Source of the DNA: Anaerolineae bacterium
GTDB lineage: Bacteria; Chloroflexota; Anaerolineae; UBA1429
Direction of reading: 5' to 3'
Length of the DNA: 60,447 nt
NCBI GenBank assembly: GCA_007132185.1
Contig: SLPC01000048.1
Span: 1-60,447 of the forward strand
Translations under genes and position numbers: made by a program
Shown here: piece by piece, positions 47,814 to 55,639 of the stretch
How positions within the stretch are numbered: position 1 is the first letter of the stretch
Layout: every line of letters starts with the position of its first letter
Notes under the pieces: model-generated
Database searches by the model: none
The model's input: only the letters and a program-made list of their open reading frames with translations
Told to the model about the DNA's origin: nothing

Positions 47814-49322
47814 ATGTTTGAGAAGAAGCTGCTCACGCGCCGCACCTTGATCAAGGGAGCCGCCGGAAGCATGGTGCTTTTGGCCGCGGCGTGCCAGCCT
47901 CAAGTCGTCGAGGTCGAGCGAATCATCGAGCGAGAGGTGCCTGTAGAAAAAGTTGTCGAGAAAGAGGTCATCGTCGAAAAAGAGGTCGAGGTCGAGGTCG
48001 AGCGCGTCGTCGAGGTCGAAAAGATCGTCGAAGTCGAGCGAGCGGCCGAAGTCCGCGGCACCTTCTGGGTGCTTCAGAAGCAGGACTTTTTTCCCGCCTT
48101 TAACGATTGGTTCCGCGCCGAGACACGCACCTATGCCAGAGAGCGTGGCTGGCCCCTGGATATCTCGTACATCGCTGGATACACCGGCGGTACCCCCGAG
48201 ATCGAAAAGCTGATCGCCTCTGTCGCAGCCGGCACGCCGGTGGACCTTCTGATGCACAGCCTGGGCATCGTTCAGCTCCGCCAGGCCTATGCCCTGGAAG
48301 CTGTGACTGATGTAGTCGAGACCGTCGAGGCCGGGTGGGGCTCCACTTCTGCCCGCCAGCAGAACGACTATGTCGATGATGGTGAGTGGTGGGCGGCCCC
48401 CTACTTTCAGCGGTCTGACGGCGGATGGTACCTGCGCTCCGAAGAGGAAAGATATGGCGTAGACATCCAGTCGATCCGCCAGTTCGAGGAGCTCTGGGAG
48501 ACACTGCTCCCGATGAGCCGCCCCGAGGATGAGATGTACGGCTGGGGCGTCACCATCAACCGTTGCGGCGATGGGGACTGGTTCCGCCGCCGCGTCATGC
48601 ACGGCTGGGGCGCCTATCGCCAGGATGAGACGGGCCAGTTCGTGACGTTTGACTCGCCCGAGATGGTCGAGGCCATGACGGTCATGACCCAACTCTACAT
48701 CGACCCCAAGTGGGAGCGGATGCTGCCGCCGGGCGTCCTGGCCTGGACGGACCCCACCAACAACGAGGTCTGGCTGGCTGGCAAGCTGACCTACAGCTTT
48801 AATGGTGGTACGATGTATGCCAAGTCCATCCTGGACAACAACCCCGTTGCAGAAGATACCCGCTTCCATCCGCCTCCAGGTGGCCCTGTGAACGAAGAGT
48901 TCAATAGCTTTAGCGCCAACAACTTTATGATCTTGCGCGGCGCCCGCAATGTCGAGGCCGCCAAAGAGACCATCCTGCATTTCTTGTTGCCGCTGGAGAA
49001 TCAGGACTCGATGCTGGAGAACTCGCCCGGCTTCAGCATGCCCGCCTACGAGGACCTGTGGGACGCCTCCAAATACCTGCCGACCCATCCGACGGTACAG
49101 GAAATGGAGCCCGTGGCCACGGACAAGAGCGGCGTGATCCCCGGCCAGTATCCTGGCCCGCCCCTGAACCCCGCCATCGCTGCGGCCGACGCGGCCGGTC
49201 TCGAGAACGACATGGTCGCCGACATCCTCCGCGGGACGCCGGTGGCTGAGGCCGTCAAGACTTGCCACGATCGCTATGTGGCCATCTTCAAGGAGTTTGG
49301 CCGCCCAGGCGAGAGGGAATAG
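47814..49322 (+). CDS. ABC transporter substrate-binding lipoprotein (family 1 / CUT1-type, sugar), Tat-type signal
   Basis: Signal RRTLIKGAAGSMVLLAAA|C, then a V/E-rich tether, then an extracellular solute-binding fold. It lies upstream of MalFG-type permeases. Confidence 0.8.
   Translation: MFEKKLLTRRTLIKGAAGSMVLLAAACQPQVVEVERIIEREVPVEKVVEKEVIVEKEVEVEVERVVEVEKIVEVERAAEVRGTFWVLQKQDFFPAFNDWFRAETRTYARERGWPLDISYIAGYTGGTPEIEKLIASVAAGTPVDLLMHSLGIVQLRQAYALEAVTDVVETVEAGWGSTSARQQNDYVDDGEWWAAPYFQRSDGGWYLRSEEERYGVDIQSIRQFEELWETLLPMSRPEDEMYGWGVTINRCGDGDWFRRRVMHGWGAYRQDETGQFVTFDSPEMVEAMTVMTQLYIDPKWERMLPPGVLAWTDPTNNEVWLAGKLTYSFNGGTMYAKSILDNNPVAEDTRFHPPPGGPVNEEFNSFSANNFMILRGARNVEAAKETILHFLLPLENQDSMLENSPGFSMPAYEDLWDASKYLPTHPTVQEMEPVATDKSGVIPGQYPGPPLNPAIAAADAAGLENDMVADILRGTPVAEAVKTCHDRYVAIFKEFGRPGERE
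47904..48053 (+). repeat. Imperfect GTCGAG-type short tandem repeats encoding a 50-aa V/E-alternating tether
   Basis: The DNA reads ...gtcgaggtcgaggtcgagcgcgtcgtcgaggtcgaaaagatcgtcgaagtcgag... and encodes VVEVERIIEREVPVEKVVEKEVIVEKEVEVEVERVVEVEKIVEVERAAEV. Confidence 0.85.
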
Positions 49323-49336
49323 GCTTGTTTGTGCAA

Positions 49337-49375
49337 GCGATATGTGGGGCGGCGCATTACCGCCCCACATATCGC
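49337..49375 (+). promoter_or_regulatory. Perfect 16-bp intra-operon hairpin after the binding-protein gene
   Basis: GCGATATGTGGGGCGG-7 nt-CCGCCCCACATATCGC, with no U-tract. Confidence 0.6.
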
Positions 49376-49523
49376 TCTAGAGCTCGATGCGCAGGCGCAT
49401 GCCCCCGGTCGATATACCCATCTCTTGCTGGGCACATCGACGGCATGTGCTTGCGCGCCGAGACTTGGCCCGTAGGCCAAGCACCTTATCTACTAATCCA
49501 AGCAGTGCGAGGAGACAAGCTTC

Positions 49524-51521
49524 ATGTCGGAAGCAGCAAAACTAGACAGAGTTTCCACTGTGGCCGTCACGCAGCCGCTCACCAGGAAAAAGAGACTAGA
49601 GAACATACTAGGGCGTGACTGGCGCGAGGCCTGGATCTTTATCGCTCCTACCATCATCTTGATGGGCGGGCTAATCGCCTATCCGTTTGGTCGAGCCCTG
49701 TACATCAGCTTTACCAACACCATCAGCACCACGATTGGCCCCTGGGTCGGCCTGACGAACTATATCAATCTGTGGAACGATATCTTCTTCCGGCGTTCGG
49801 TCATGGTCACGGCCCAGTACACCGTGTCTGCCGTGTTTCTCAAGTTGGTGGCGGGTGTCTTGGCCGCCATCTTGCTGAATCGCTTGTCGGGCAAGTGGGC
49901 GCTGCTCACCGGCTTGGTGTTGCTACCCTGGATCATGCCCGAGATCGTCCGGGCCATCACATGGCGTGGCCTGCTGGACCCCCTCTATGGCGGGCTCAAT
50001 CGAGGGTTGGTGAACCTTGGCCTCGTGAGTCGCCCGCTGCCGTTCCTCACAGGGGTCAATACGGCTCTGCCTACCATAATCATGATCAACTTGTGGCAAG
50101 GCATACCCTTCTTTACTGTGAATCTGCTGGCAGGACTCAAGGCCATTGACCAGGAACTCTATGAGGCAGCGTCCATCGACGGGGCCACCAAGTGGCGCCA
50201 GTTCCTGCACATCACACTGCCGGGCCTGCGTTATGTCATTGTCGTTGTTACCCTGCTCTCGACCATCTGGACGTTCAATGGCTTTACGCTGATCTTTTTG
50301 CTCACCGGCGGTGGCCCCATGGATGCTACCAAGGTGTACTCGATCCTGGCCTACCAGATCGCCATCACCGGCATGCGCTATGGCGTGGGTATCGCGGTGG
50401 CCATGACCATGGCCCCAGTGCTGGGGATCTTTATCGTCGTACTGGGACGCTACATGATGGGCGGCTCACAGGCACAGGAGGAGAGCGTGCCCCGAGAGCC
50501 AGGACCTCTGGCCATCGTAGGCAAAGTCATTGTGTTTCCAGCCCTCATGCTGCTCAAGGCCATCATGGCCCTCTTCTGGCTGGTCAACAACTCAATTGAG
50601 CTGCTCTTTGAGGCCATTGGGCGGGGTATCAAGCGATTGATTCCCCAGCGGCCAACCATGCGCGGCGGCAAGATCCGTGTTCAGCGCTATCGCTGGCTGG
50701 CATCCGTCCTGCCGGTCTCTGCGTTTATCCTGCTCATCCTATTCGAGCTGCTGCCCTTTTACTGGGTCATCGTGACGGCGTTCAAGACCGAGCTGCAAAT
50801 CACGCGTTTTGAGAACGTCCTTTGGCCACAACCGTGGACCTTGGCCCAGTTTGAGCGTCTGTTCGGCCCGGCGCGCAACTTTGTCGTCTGGCTGCGCAAC
50901 ACAGTCACCATCTCGGTAATCACGCCGACCATCTCGACTCTGGTGGCTTCGCTGGGGGCCTATGCGCTGACCCGCTTGCGGTGGCGCGGGGCCAGCGCCG
51001 TCTCGCGTAGCGTGCTAGTAGCCTACCTGATGCCCGGCATCATGATGCTGGTGCCCATCTACCAGTTGTTCGCCCGTCTAAGGCTGACCAACACTCTATA
51101 TGCTCTCATCATCAGCTATCCAACCTTTGGATTGCCCTTTGCTCTCTGGCTGATGATGGGCTACTACTCTTCCATCCCCGAAGAGCTCGAAGCGGCTGCA
51201 CTGATCGATGGCTGCAACCGATTCCAGACCTTTTTCAAGGTCGTGCTCCCATTGACCAAGCCTGCGCTCATGGCTGTGGCGCTGTTCGGCGTCACCCAGG
51301 CCTGGAGCGAGTTCCTGTTCGCCTATGTCATGATCCACAGCGAAAGCAGGATGACCATCCCGGTAGGCCTGGCCCAGATGATCATCGGCGACGTGCTCCC
51401 CTGGGGTGAGTTGACTGCCGCAGCGCTGATCATGGCGGTGCCGGTGCTTATCATCTATTCGGTGGGGCAACGTTTCATGGTAGCGGGATTGACGGCCGGC
51501 GCCATCAAAGGTGGCGGCTAA
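49524..51521 (+). CDS. Fused ABC transporter permease (MalF/LacF-type half + MalG/LacG-type half), copy 1
   Basis: 665 aa with two EAA loops: ELYEAASIDGATKWRQFLHITLPGLR and ELEAAALIDGCNRFQTFFKVVLPLTKPAL. Each half has the typical N-terminal signature (WIFIAPTIILMGG...; LPFYWVIVTAFK...). Confidence 0.85.
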   Translation: MSEAAKLDRVSTVAVTQPLTRKKRLENILGRDWREAWIFIAPTIILMGGLIAYPFGRALYISFTNTISTTIGPWVGLTNYINLWNDIFFRRSVMVTAQYTVSAVFLKLVAGVLAAILLNRLSGKWALLTGLVLLPWIMPEIVRAITWRGLLDPLYGGLNRGLVNLGLVSRPLPFLTGVNTALPTIIMINLWQGIPFFTVNLLAGLKAIDQELYEAASIDGATKWRQFLHITLPGLRYVIVVVTLLSTIWTFNGFTLIFLLTGGGPMDATKVYSILAYQIAITGMRYGVGIAVAMTMAPVLGIFIVVLGRYMMGGSQAQEESVPREPGPLAIVGKVIVFPALMLLKAIMALFWLVNNSIELLFEAIGRGIKRLIPQRPTMRGGKIRVQRYRWLASVLPVSAFILLILFELLPFYWVIVTAFKTELQITRFENVLWPQPWTLAQFERLFGPARNFVVWLRNTVTISVITPTISTLVASLGAYALTRLRWRGASAVSRSVLVAYLMPGIMMLVPIYQLFARLRLTNTLYALIISYPTFGLPFALWLMMGYYSSIPEELEAAALIDGCNRFQTFFKVVLPLTKPALMAVALFGVTQAWSEFLFAYVMIHSESRMTIPVGLAQMIIGDVLPWGELTAAALIMAVPVLIIYSVGQRFMVAGLTAGAIKGGG

Positions 51522-51711
51522 CGCATCACGTCGACCTGGCAGATCAACGGGACCTGGGAGTTGCTTGCTTCCAGGTCCTGGCTTGGCCTCTGGTGTCCAG
51601 GCATCCGCCTCTATCCCATGGGAGTGAAACGTCATCGCCCTACGTGACAAGTTTGGAACAACCCCTACCCAGGAGAGCATCCGTCCGTCCGAGCCGCTAC
51701 CCTCGGCGGGC

Positions 51712-53619
51712 TTGTCGCGCCAGTTGGACCGCTGGCTGGGCCGCGACTGGAGCACGGCGGCTCTCTTTATGGCGCCTGCAGCGATACTGCTGCTGGGCCT
51801 GATCGCCTATCCCTTTGGGAGGGCGTTCTACCTCTCGTTCACCCGCACCCACAGCGCCCAGGTGGGTCCCTTTGTCGGGCTGGACAACTATATCAGCCTG
51901 TGGGGCGACCGGTTCTTTCGCCAGTCGGTGGGCGTCACAATACGCTTTACCTTCTGGTCGCTGGTATTCAAGCTGTTGGTGGCGACGCTGGGTGCGGTGC
52001 TCTTGCACCGGCTGGGCATGAGCGAGGGCCTGCTGGCAGGCCTGATCCTGCTACCCTGGATGATGCCCCAGGTGGTGCGGGCCATTACCTGGCGCGGCAT
52101 CCTGGACCCCCTCCTCGGCTCGGTCAACCGGATTCTGCTCACCACGGGCCTGCTCTCGCGGCCTTATCCCTTTTTCGGCGATATGCGTACGGCGCTGGCC
52201 AGCGTGATCCTGGTCGAGGTGTGGCAGGGCGTGCCGTTTATTCTCATCAACGTCCTTGCCGCCCTCAAGGGAATCGACCGGGAGCTGTACGAGGCCTCCG
52301 CGATCGACGGCGCGGGCCCAGTGCGCCAGTTCCTGCACATCACCCTGCCCGGGCTGCGCTATGTAATCGCCGTCGTACTGCTCCTGGATCTGCTTTGGAC
52401 GTTCAATAGCTTTGAGCTGATCTTTTTGCTCACGGGCGGAGGACCGGCCAACGTCACCAAGGTCTACTCGGTGCTGGCCTATGAGATGGCGGTGCGCGGA
52501 AGATGGTACAGCCGCGCTTCGGCGGCGGCCCTGGCCATGTTTCCCGCGTTCCTGCTGGTGATCGCGGCATTGGGACGCTATGTGATGGGCGGGCACCGGG
52601 TGGCCGAGTCCAGCCGGCTGCTCTCACGGCTCGGCTGGTCATTCCAGGGCAACGGGGCTGAGAGCCTTTTGCGGCTGCCCACCCGCAAGCTGGGTGATGC
52701 GGCCTGGTGGTTTGCCGATCGGCTGGAGCTACTCGTGGCGCCCTTGGCGCGGCTGTGGCCACGACGTGGGCCACGCGTGCGAGGCCAAGCGACAGGCCTT
52801 TTAGGGCGCTGGATGGCAGGGGCGGGGCTGGCTGCGTTATTGCTCTTTGAGCTGGGGCCCTTTTTCCTTCTGCTGATCACGGCGTTCAAGACCGAGATCC
52901 AGATCACCCGCTTCGAGTCGCTGCTCTGGCCGCAGCCCTGGTCGTTTGCCCAGTTCGAGCGCCTACTTGCACCCGGCAGCCGTTTCCTGATCTGGCTGCG
53001 CAACACGGCCTTTGTCTCGCTGGTGGCGCCCGTGCTGGCTACGCTGGTATCGGCGCTCTGCGCCTACGCGCTGACTCGGCTGCGATGGCGGGGGGCCCGT
53101 TTGGTGTCGAACCTGATTCTGATCGCCTACCTGCTGCCGCCGGTATTGCTGATCATCCCGATCCACCAGCTCTTTGTGCAGCTGGGGCTAAACAACTCGC
53201 TCTGGGGTCTGATCATTATCTATCCAGCGCTGATCCTGCCCTTTGCCGTGTGGCTGCTCATGGGCCACTATGCCGCCCTGCCCGACGAGCTGGAAGCCGC
53301 CGCACTGGTGGATGGTTGCAGTCGCTGGCAGGCCTTTATGCGCATCGTGCTGCCCCTGGCCAAGCCAGCCCTGGTGGCTGTCACCCTCTTTGGCGTGACG
53401 CGAGCCTGGAACGAGTTCCTGTTCGCCTATACCCTGCTGGCCACCGAGCAACGCTTTACGCTGCCGGTGGGCCTGGCCAGCATCGTCTTTGGCGATGTGC
53501 TGCCCTGGGGCCAGCTTTCGGCGGCGGCGCTGATCATGGCCGTACCGGTGCTGATATTGTACGTACTGGGGCAGCGCTTCCTGGTGGCAGGTCTGACCGC
53601 CGGCGCCCTCAAAGGATAG
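51712..53619 (+). CDS. Fused ABC transporter permease (MalF-type + MalG-type), copy 2
   Basis: 635 aa with the same architecture as copy 1 (ELYEASAIDGAGPVRQFLHITLPGLR; ELEAAALVDGCSRWQAFMRIVLPLAKPAL). TTG start with no nearby SD, so the start is uncertain. Confidence 0.8.
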   Translation: MSRQLDRWLGRDWSTAALFMAPAAILLLGLIAYPFGRAFYLSFTRTHSAQVGPFVGLDNYISLWGDRFFRQSVGVTIRFTFWSLVFKLLVATLGAVLLHRLGMSEGLLAGLILLPWMMPQVVRAITWRGILDPLLGSVNRILLTTGLLSRPYPFFGDMRTALASVILVEVWQGVPFILINVLAALKGIDRELYEASAIDGAGPVRQFLHITLPGLRYVIAVVLLLDLLWTFNSFELIFLLTGGGPANVTKVYSVLAYEMAVRGRWYSRASAAALAMFPAFLLVIAALGRYVMGGHRVAESSRLLSRLGWSFQGNGAESLLRLPTRKLGDAAWWFADRLELLVAPLARLWPRRGPRVRGQATGLLGRWMAGAGLAALLLFELGPFFLLLITAFKTEIQITRFESLLWPQPWSFAQFERLLAPGSRFLIWLRNTAFVSLVAPVLATLVSALCAYALTRLRWRGARLVSNLILIAYLLPPVLLIIPIHQLFVQLGLNNSLWGLIIIYPALILPFAVWLLMGHYAALPDELEAAALVDGCSRWQAFMRIVLPLAKPALVAVTLFGVTRAWNEFLFAYTLLATEQRFTLPVGLASIVFGDVLPWGQLSAAALIMAVPVLILYVLGQRFLVAGLTAGALKG

Positions 53620-53647
53620 GCGCAGCCCCTATGACTATGTCCAGACG

Positions 53648-54529
53648 CTACCAGGTACGATCGCTCAAGAAATCCTGGATCGCCTCTCGGGGGACGGGGA
53701 GCTCCTCGATGTGGCTGTCGAGCCAGCGAGAGAAATCCTCCTCAATATGCGGCTCCCAGCGCCGATCGATCTCGCCAGGCGTATAGCGCCCCTCCTGCAA
53801 ACATATCTTGCCAAAGATGTCGCGCAGGCGGATGATCTCTGAGGTGGTGACCACCTTTTCGGCCAGGTGGGCTGGGATGATGACTACGGCTTGATCGCGG
53901 CCCAGCACCACATCGCCGGGCATGACGGTGACGCCGCCCAGGCGCACGGGGCAATTAACGCCCATCAGAACGACGGTGGGCGTGGCATAGGAGGGGTGAT
54001 AGCCCCGGCAGAAACCCACAAAGCCTCCCAACTCTCGCACGCCCTCAATATCACGGATGGCGGCATCATGCACGACGCCGTTGCCCGTCTTGGCATAGAT
54101 CGAGGTAGAGAGGTTGTCGCCGATGACGGGGCCATCCACCACCTTGCCAAAGACGTCGGCCACATAGATATCTCCCGACACCAGCGTGTCGATTGGCCAG
54201 GAGACCTGATCGCCGACACAGCCCTCGGCCTCGGCCAGGGCAAACACTTGATCACGCACATCGTCGCGGCGCGGCATATAGCAGGCCGTCACAGCCCGGC
54301 CCACCAGGGTCATGCCCGGCTGGGTACATGTCCAGTCGCCCTCGTGCTGCCAATGGTAGCCCTCTCCCCGCAGGACGCCCCAGGCCTGGGTGATGGTCAC
54401 CTCGCGCATGCGTTCCAGGATATCGTCGGGCACCCGTGGGCGGCCATCGGGGGTGCGCTCGCCCTGCCATTCGGGCGTAAAGGCGATGATCTCTTCCGGC
54501 GTCAGGTTCAGGGGCGCATACTTGGCCAT
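53648..54529 (-). CDS. RraA-family protein (putative 4-hydroxy-4-methyl-2-oxoglutarate aldolase/oxaloacetate decarboxylase-like) with C-terminal extension
   Basis: GDIYVADVFGKVVDGPVIGDNLSTSIYAKTGNGVVHDAAIRDIEGV matches the RraA-family core. ATG 54529 follows GGAGGAGA (minus strand). Confidence 0.6.
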   Translation of the reverse strand: MAKYAPLNLTPEEIIAFTPEWQGERTPDGRPRVPDDILERMREVTITQAWGVLRGEGYHWQHEGDWTCTQPGMTLVGRAVTACYMPRRDDVRDQVFALAEAEGCVGDQVSWPIDTLVSGDIYVADVFGKVVDGPVIGDNLSTSIYAKTGNGVVHDAAIRDIEGVRELGGFVGFCRGYHPSYATPTVVLMGVNCPVRLGGVTVMPGDVVLGRDQAVVIIPAHLAEKVVTTSEIIRLRDIFGKICLQEGRYTPGEIDRRWEPHIEEDFSRWLDSHIEELPVPREAIQDFLSDRTW

Positions 54530-54601
54530 CTCTCCTCCGTGTGCAGGTGTTGTCGCGTCTGGGCAGCAGCGCATGCGGGTCGTGGCTCCAGAGCCGCCTG
54601 G

Positions 54602-55297
54602 TCAGGGCTCGAGGCCCTCGGCCGCTCGCTTTTCAGCGAGGCCATCGAGGATCTGGACGGTAAAGCCGGTGCCGAAACGGCGAGCGCCCGCCTCATAGAG
54701 CGCCAGAAGCTTGTCAATGTCGGTGATATAGCCAGAGGCCTTGACGACCACATCCTCCCCTACGCTGGCCCGCATCAGGCGCACCTGCTCGACCGTTGCG
54801 CCCCCGGGCTGGGTCTGGGTCGAGGTCTTGACAAAGCGAGCCCCCTCCTGCTCGGCGATCTGGCAGGCCGTGACGATCTCTTCATCGGTGAGCAGATAGG
54901 TCTCCAGGATCACCTTGACCGGCGCGTCGTGCTCGTTGGCCACCTCAACGACACCGCGGATGTCATGGGCCATAAAGGCATGGTCGCCCGATTTGAGGGC
55001 GCTAATGTTCATGACCATGTCGAGCTCGACGGCGCCGTGACTCAGGGCCCAGGCTGCCTCGGCCTGCTTGATCTCGGGGGTATTGAGACCCTGCGGGAAC
55101 GAGATGGGGCACACCAGGCGTATGTCGCTACCGGCCAGCAGCGTTCGGGCCCGGGGTATCTGGTACGCCTGGGGCACCAACTGGGCCACCCCGCGTTGCT
55201 TGCACATCTCGACGCCCGCCGCCAACGCGTCATAGCCCATGGTGGGCAGCAGAATCGAGTGATCGATCATCCGGGCGACCTCACTGACAGTAAGCAT
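54602..55297 (-). CDS. DeoC/LacD-family class I aldolase (deoxyribose-phosphate aldolase-like)
   Basis: Motifs IDHSILLP, FVKTSTQTQPGGATVEQVRLM, VKASGYI. ATG 55297 follows a G-rich SD. The ORF-track start at 55597 is rejected. Confidence 0.7.
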   Translation of the reverse strand: MLTVSEVARMIDHSILLPTMGYDALAAGVEMCKQRGVAQLVPQAYQIPRARTLLAGSDIRLVCPISFPQGLNTPEIKQAEAAWALSHGAVELDMVMNISALKSGDHAFMAHDIRGVVEVANEHDAPVKVILETYLLTDEEIVTACQIAEQEGARFVKTSTQTQPGGATVEQVRLMRASVGEDVVVKASGYITDIDKLLALYEAGARRFGTGFTVQILDGLAEKRAAEGLEP

Positions 55298-55639
55298 AAG
55301 CGCTCCCCCCGTGTTGTGTACAAGGCCTCGCAATGAGCCTATCCATGGCCCGTGACCTGCACCGTCGCGGATGACAATATCCTCTGCAGTGTCCGAGCCC
55401 TGCACCATCGCAGCTCGACGATGCCTGGCACAGCGGCTCGTCCAGTTGAATATGACCGCGTCACTAGTATAGCCGTTGTCCGATAAAGCATCCAGAGGCA
55501 GGGCGAATGAGATTACGTGGAGCCTTGCTGCCTGAAGAGAGTGTTCATACAGCAGGCGGAGACGGGGGACGTGCCTTGGGACGGAAGACCGGACCACGGC
55601 GCGTAGCCGTGGTCCGGCTTGATGACGGTCTAGATCGGT

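Noticed and set aside
47904-48053. A CRISPR-like or VNTR reading of the GTCGAG-type repeats.
   Set aside because: The repeats are in frame inside a CDS and encode the V/E tether. There is no spacer-repeat organisation and there are no cas genes.
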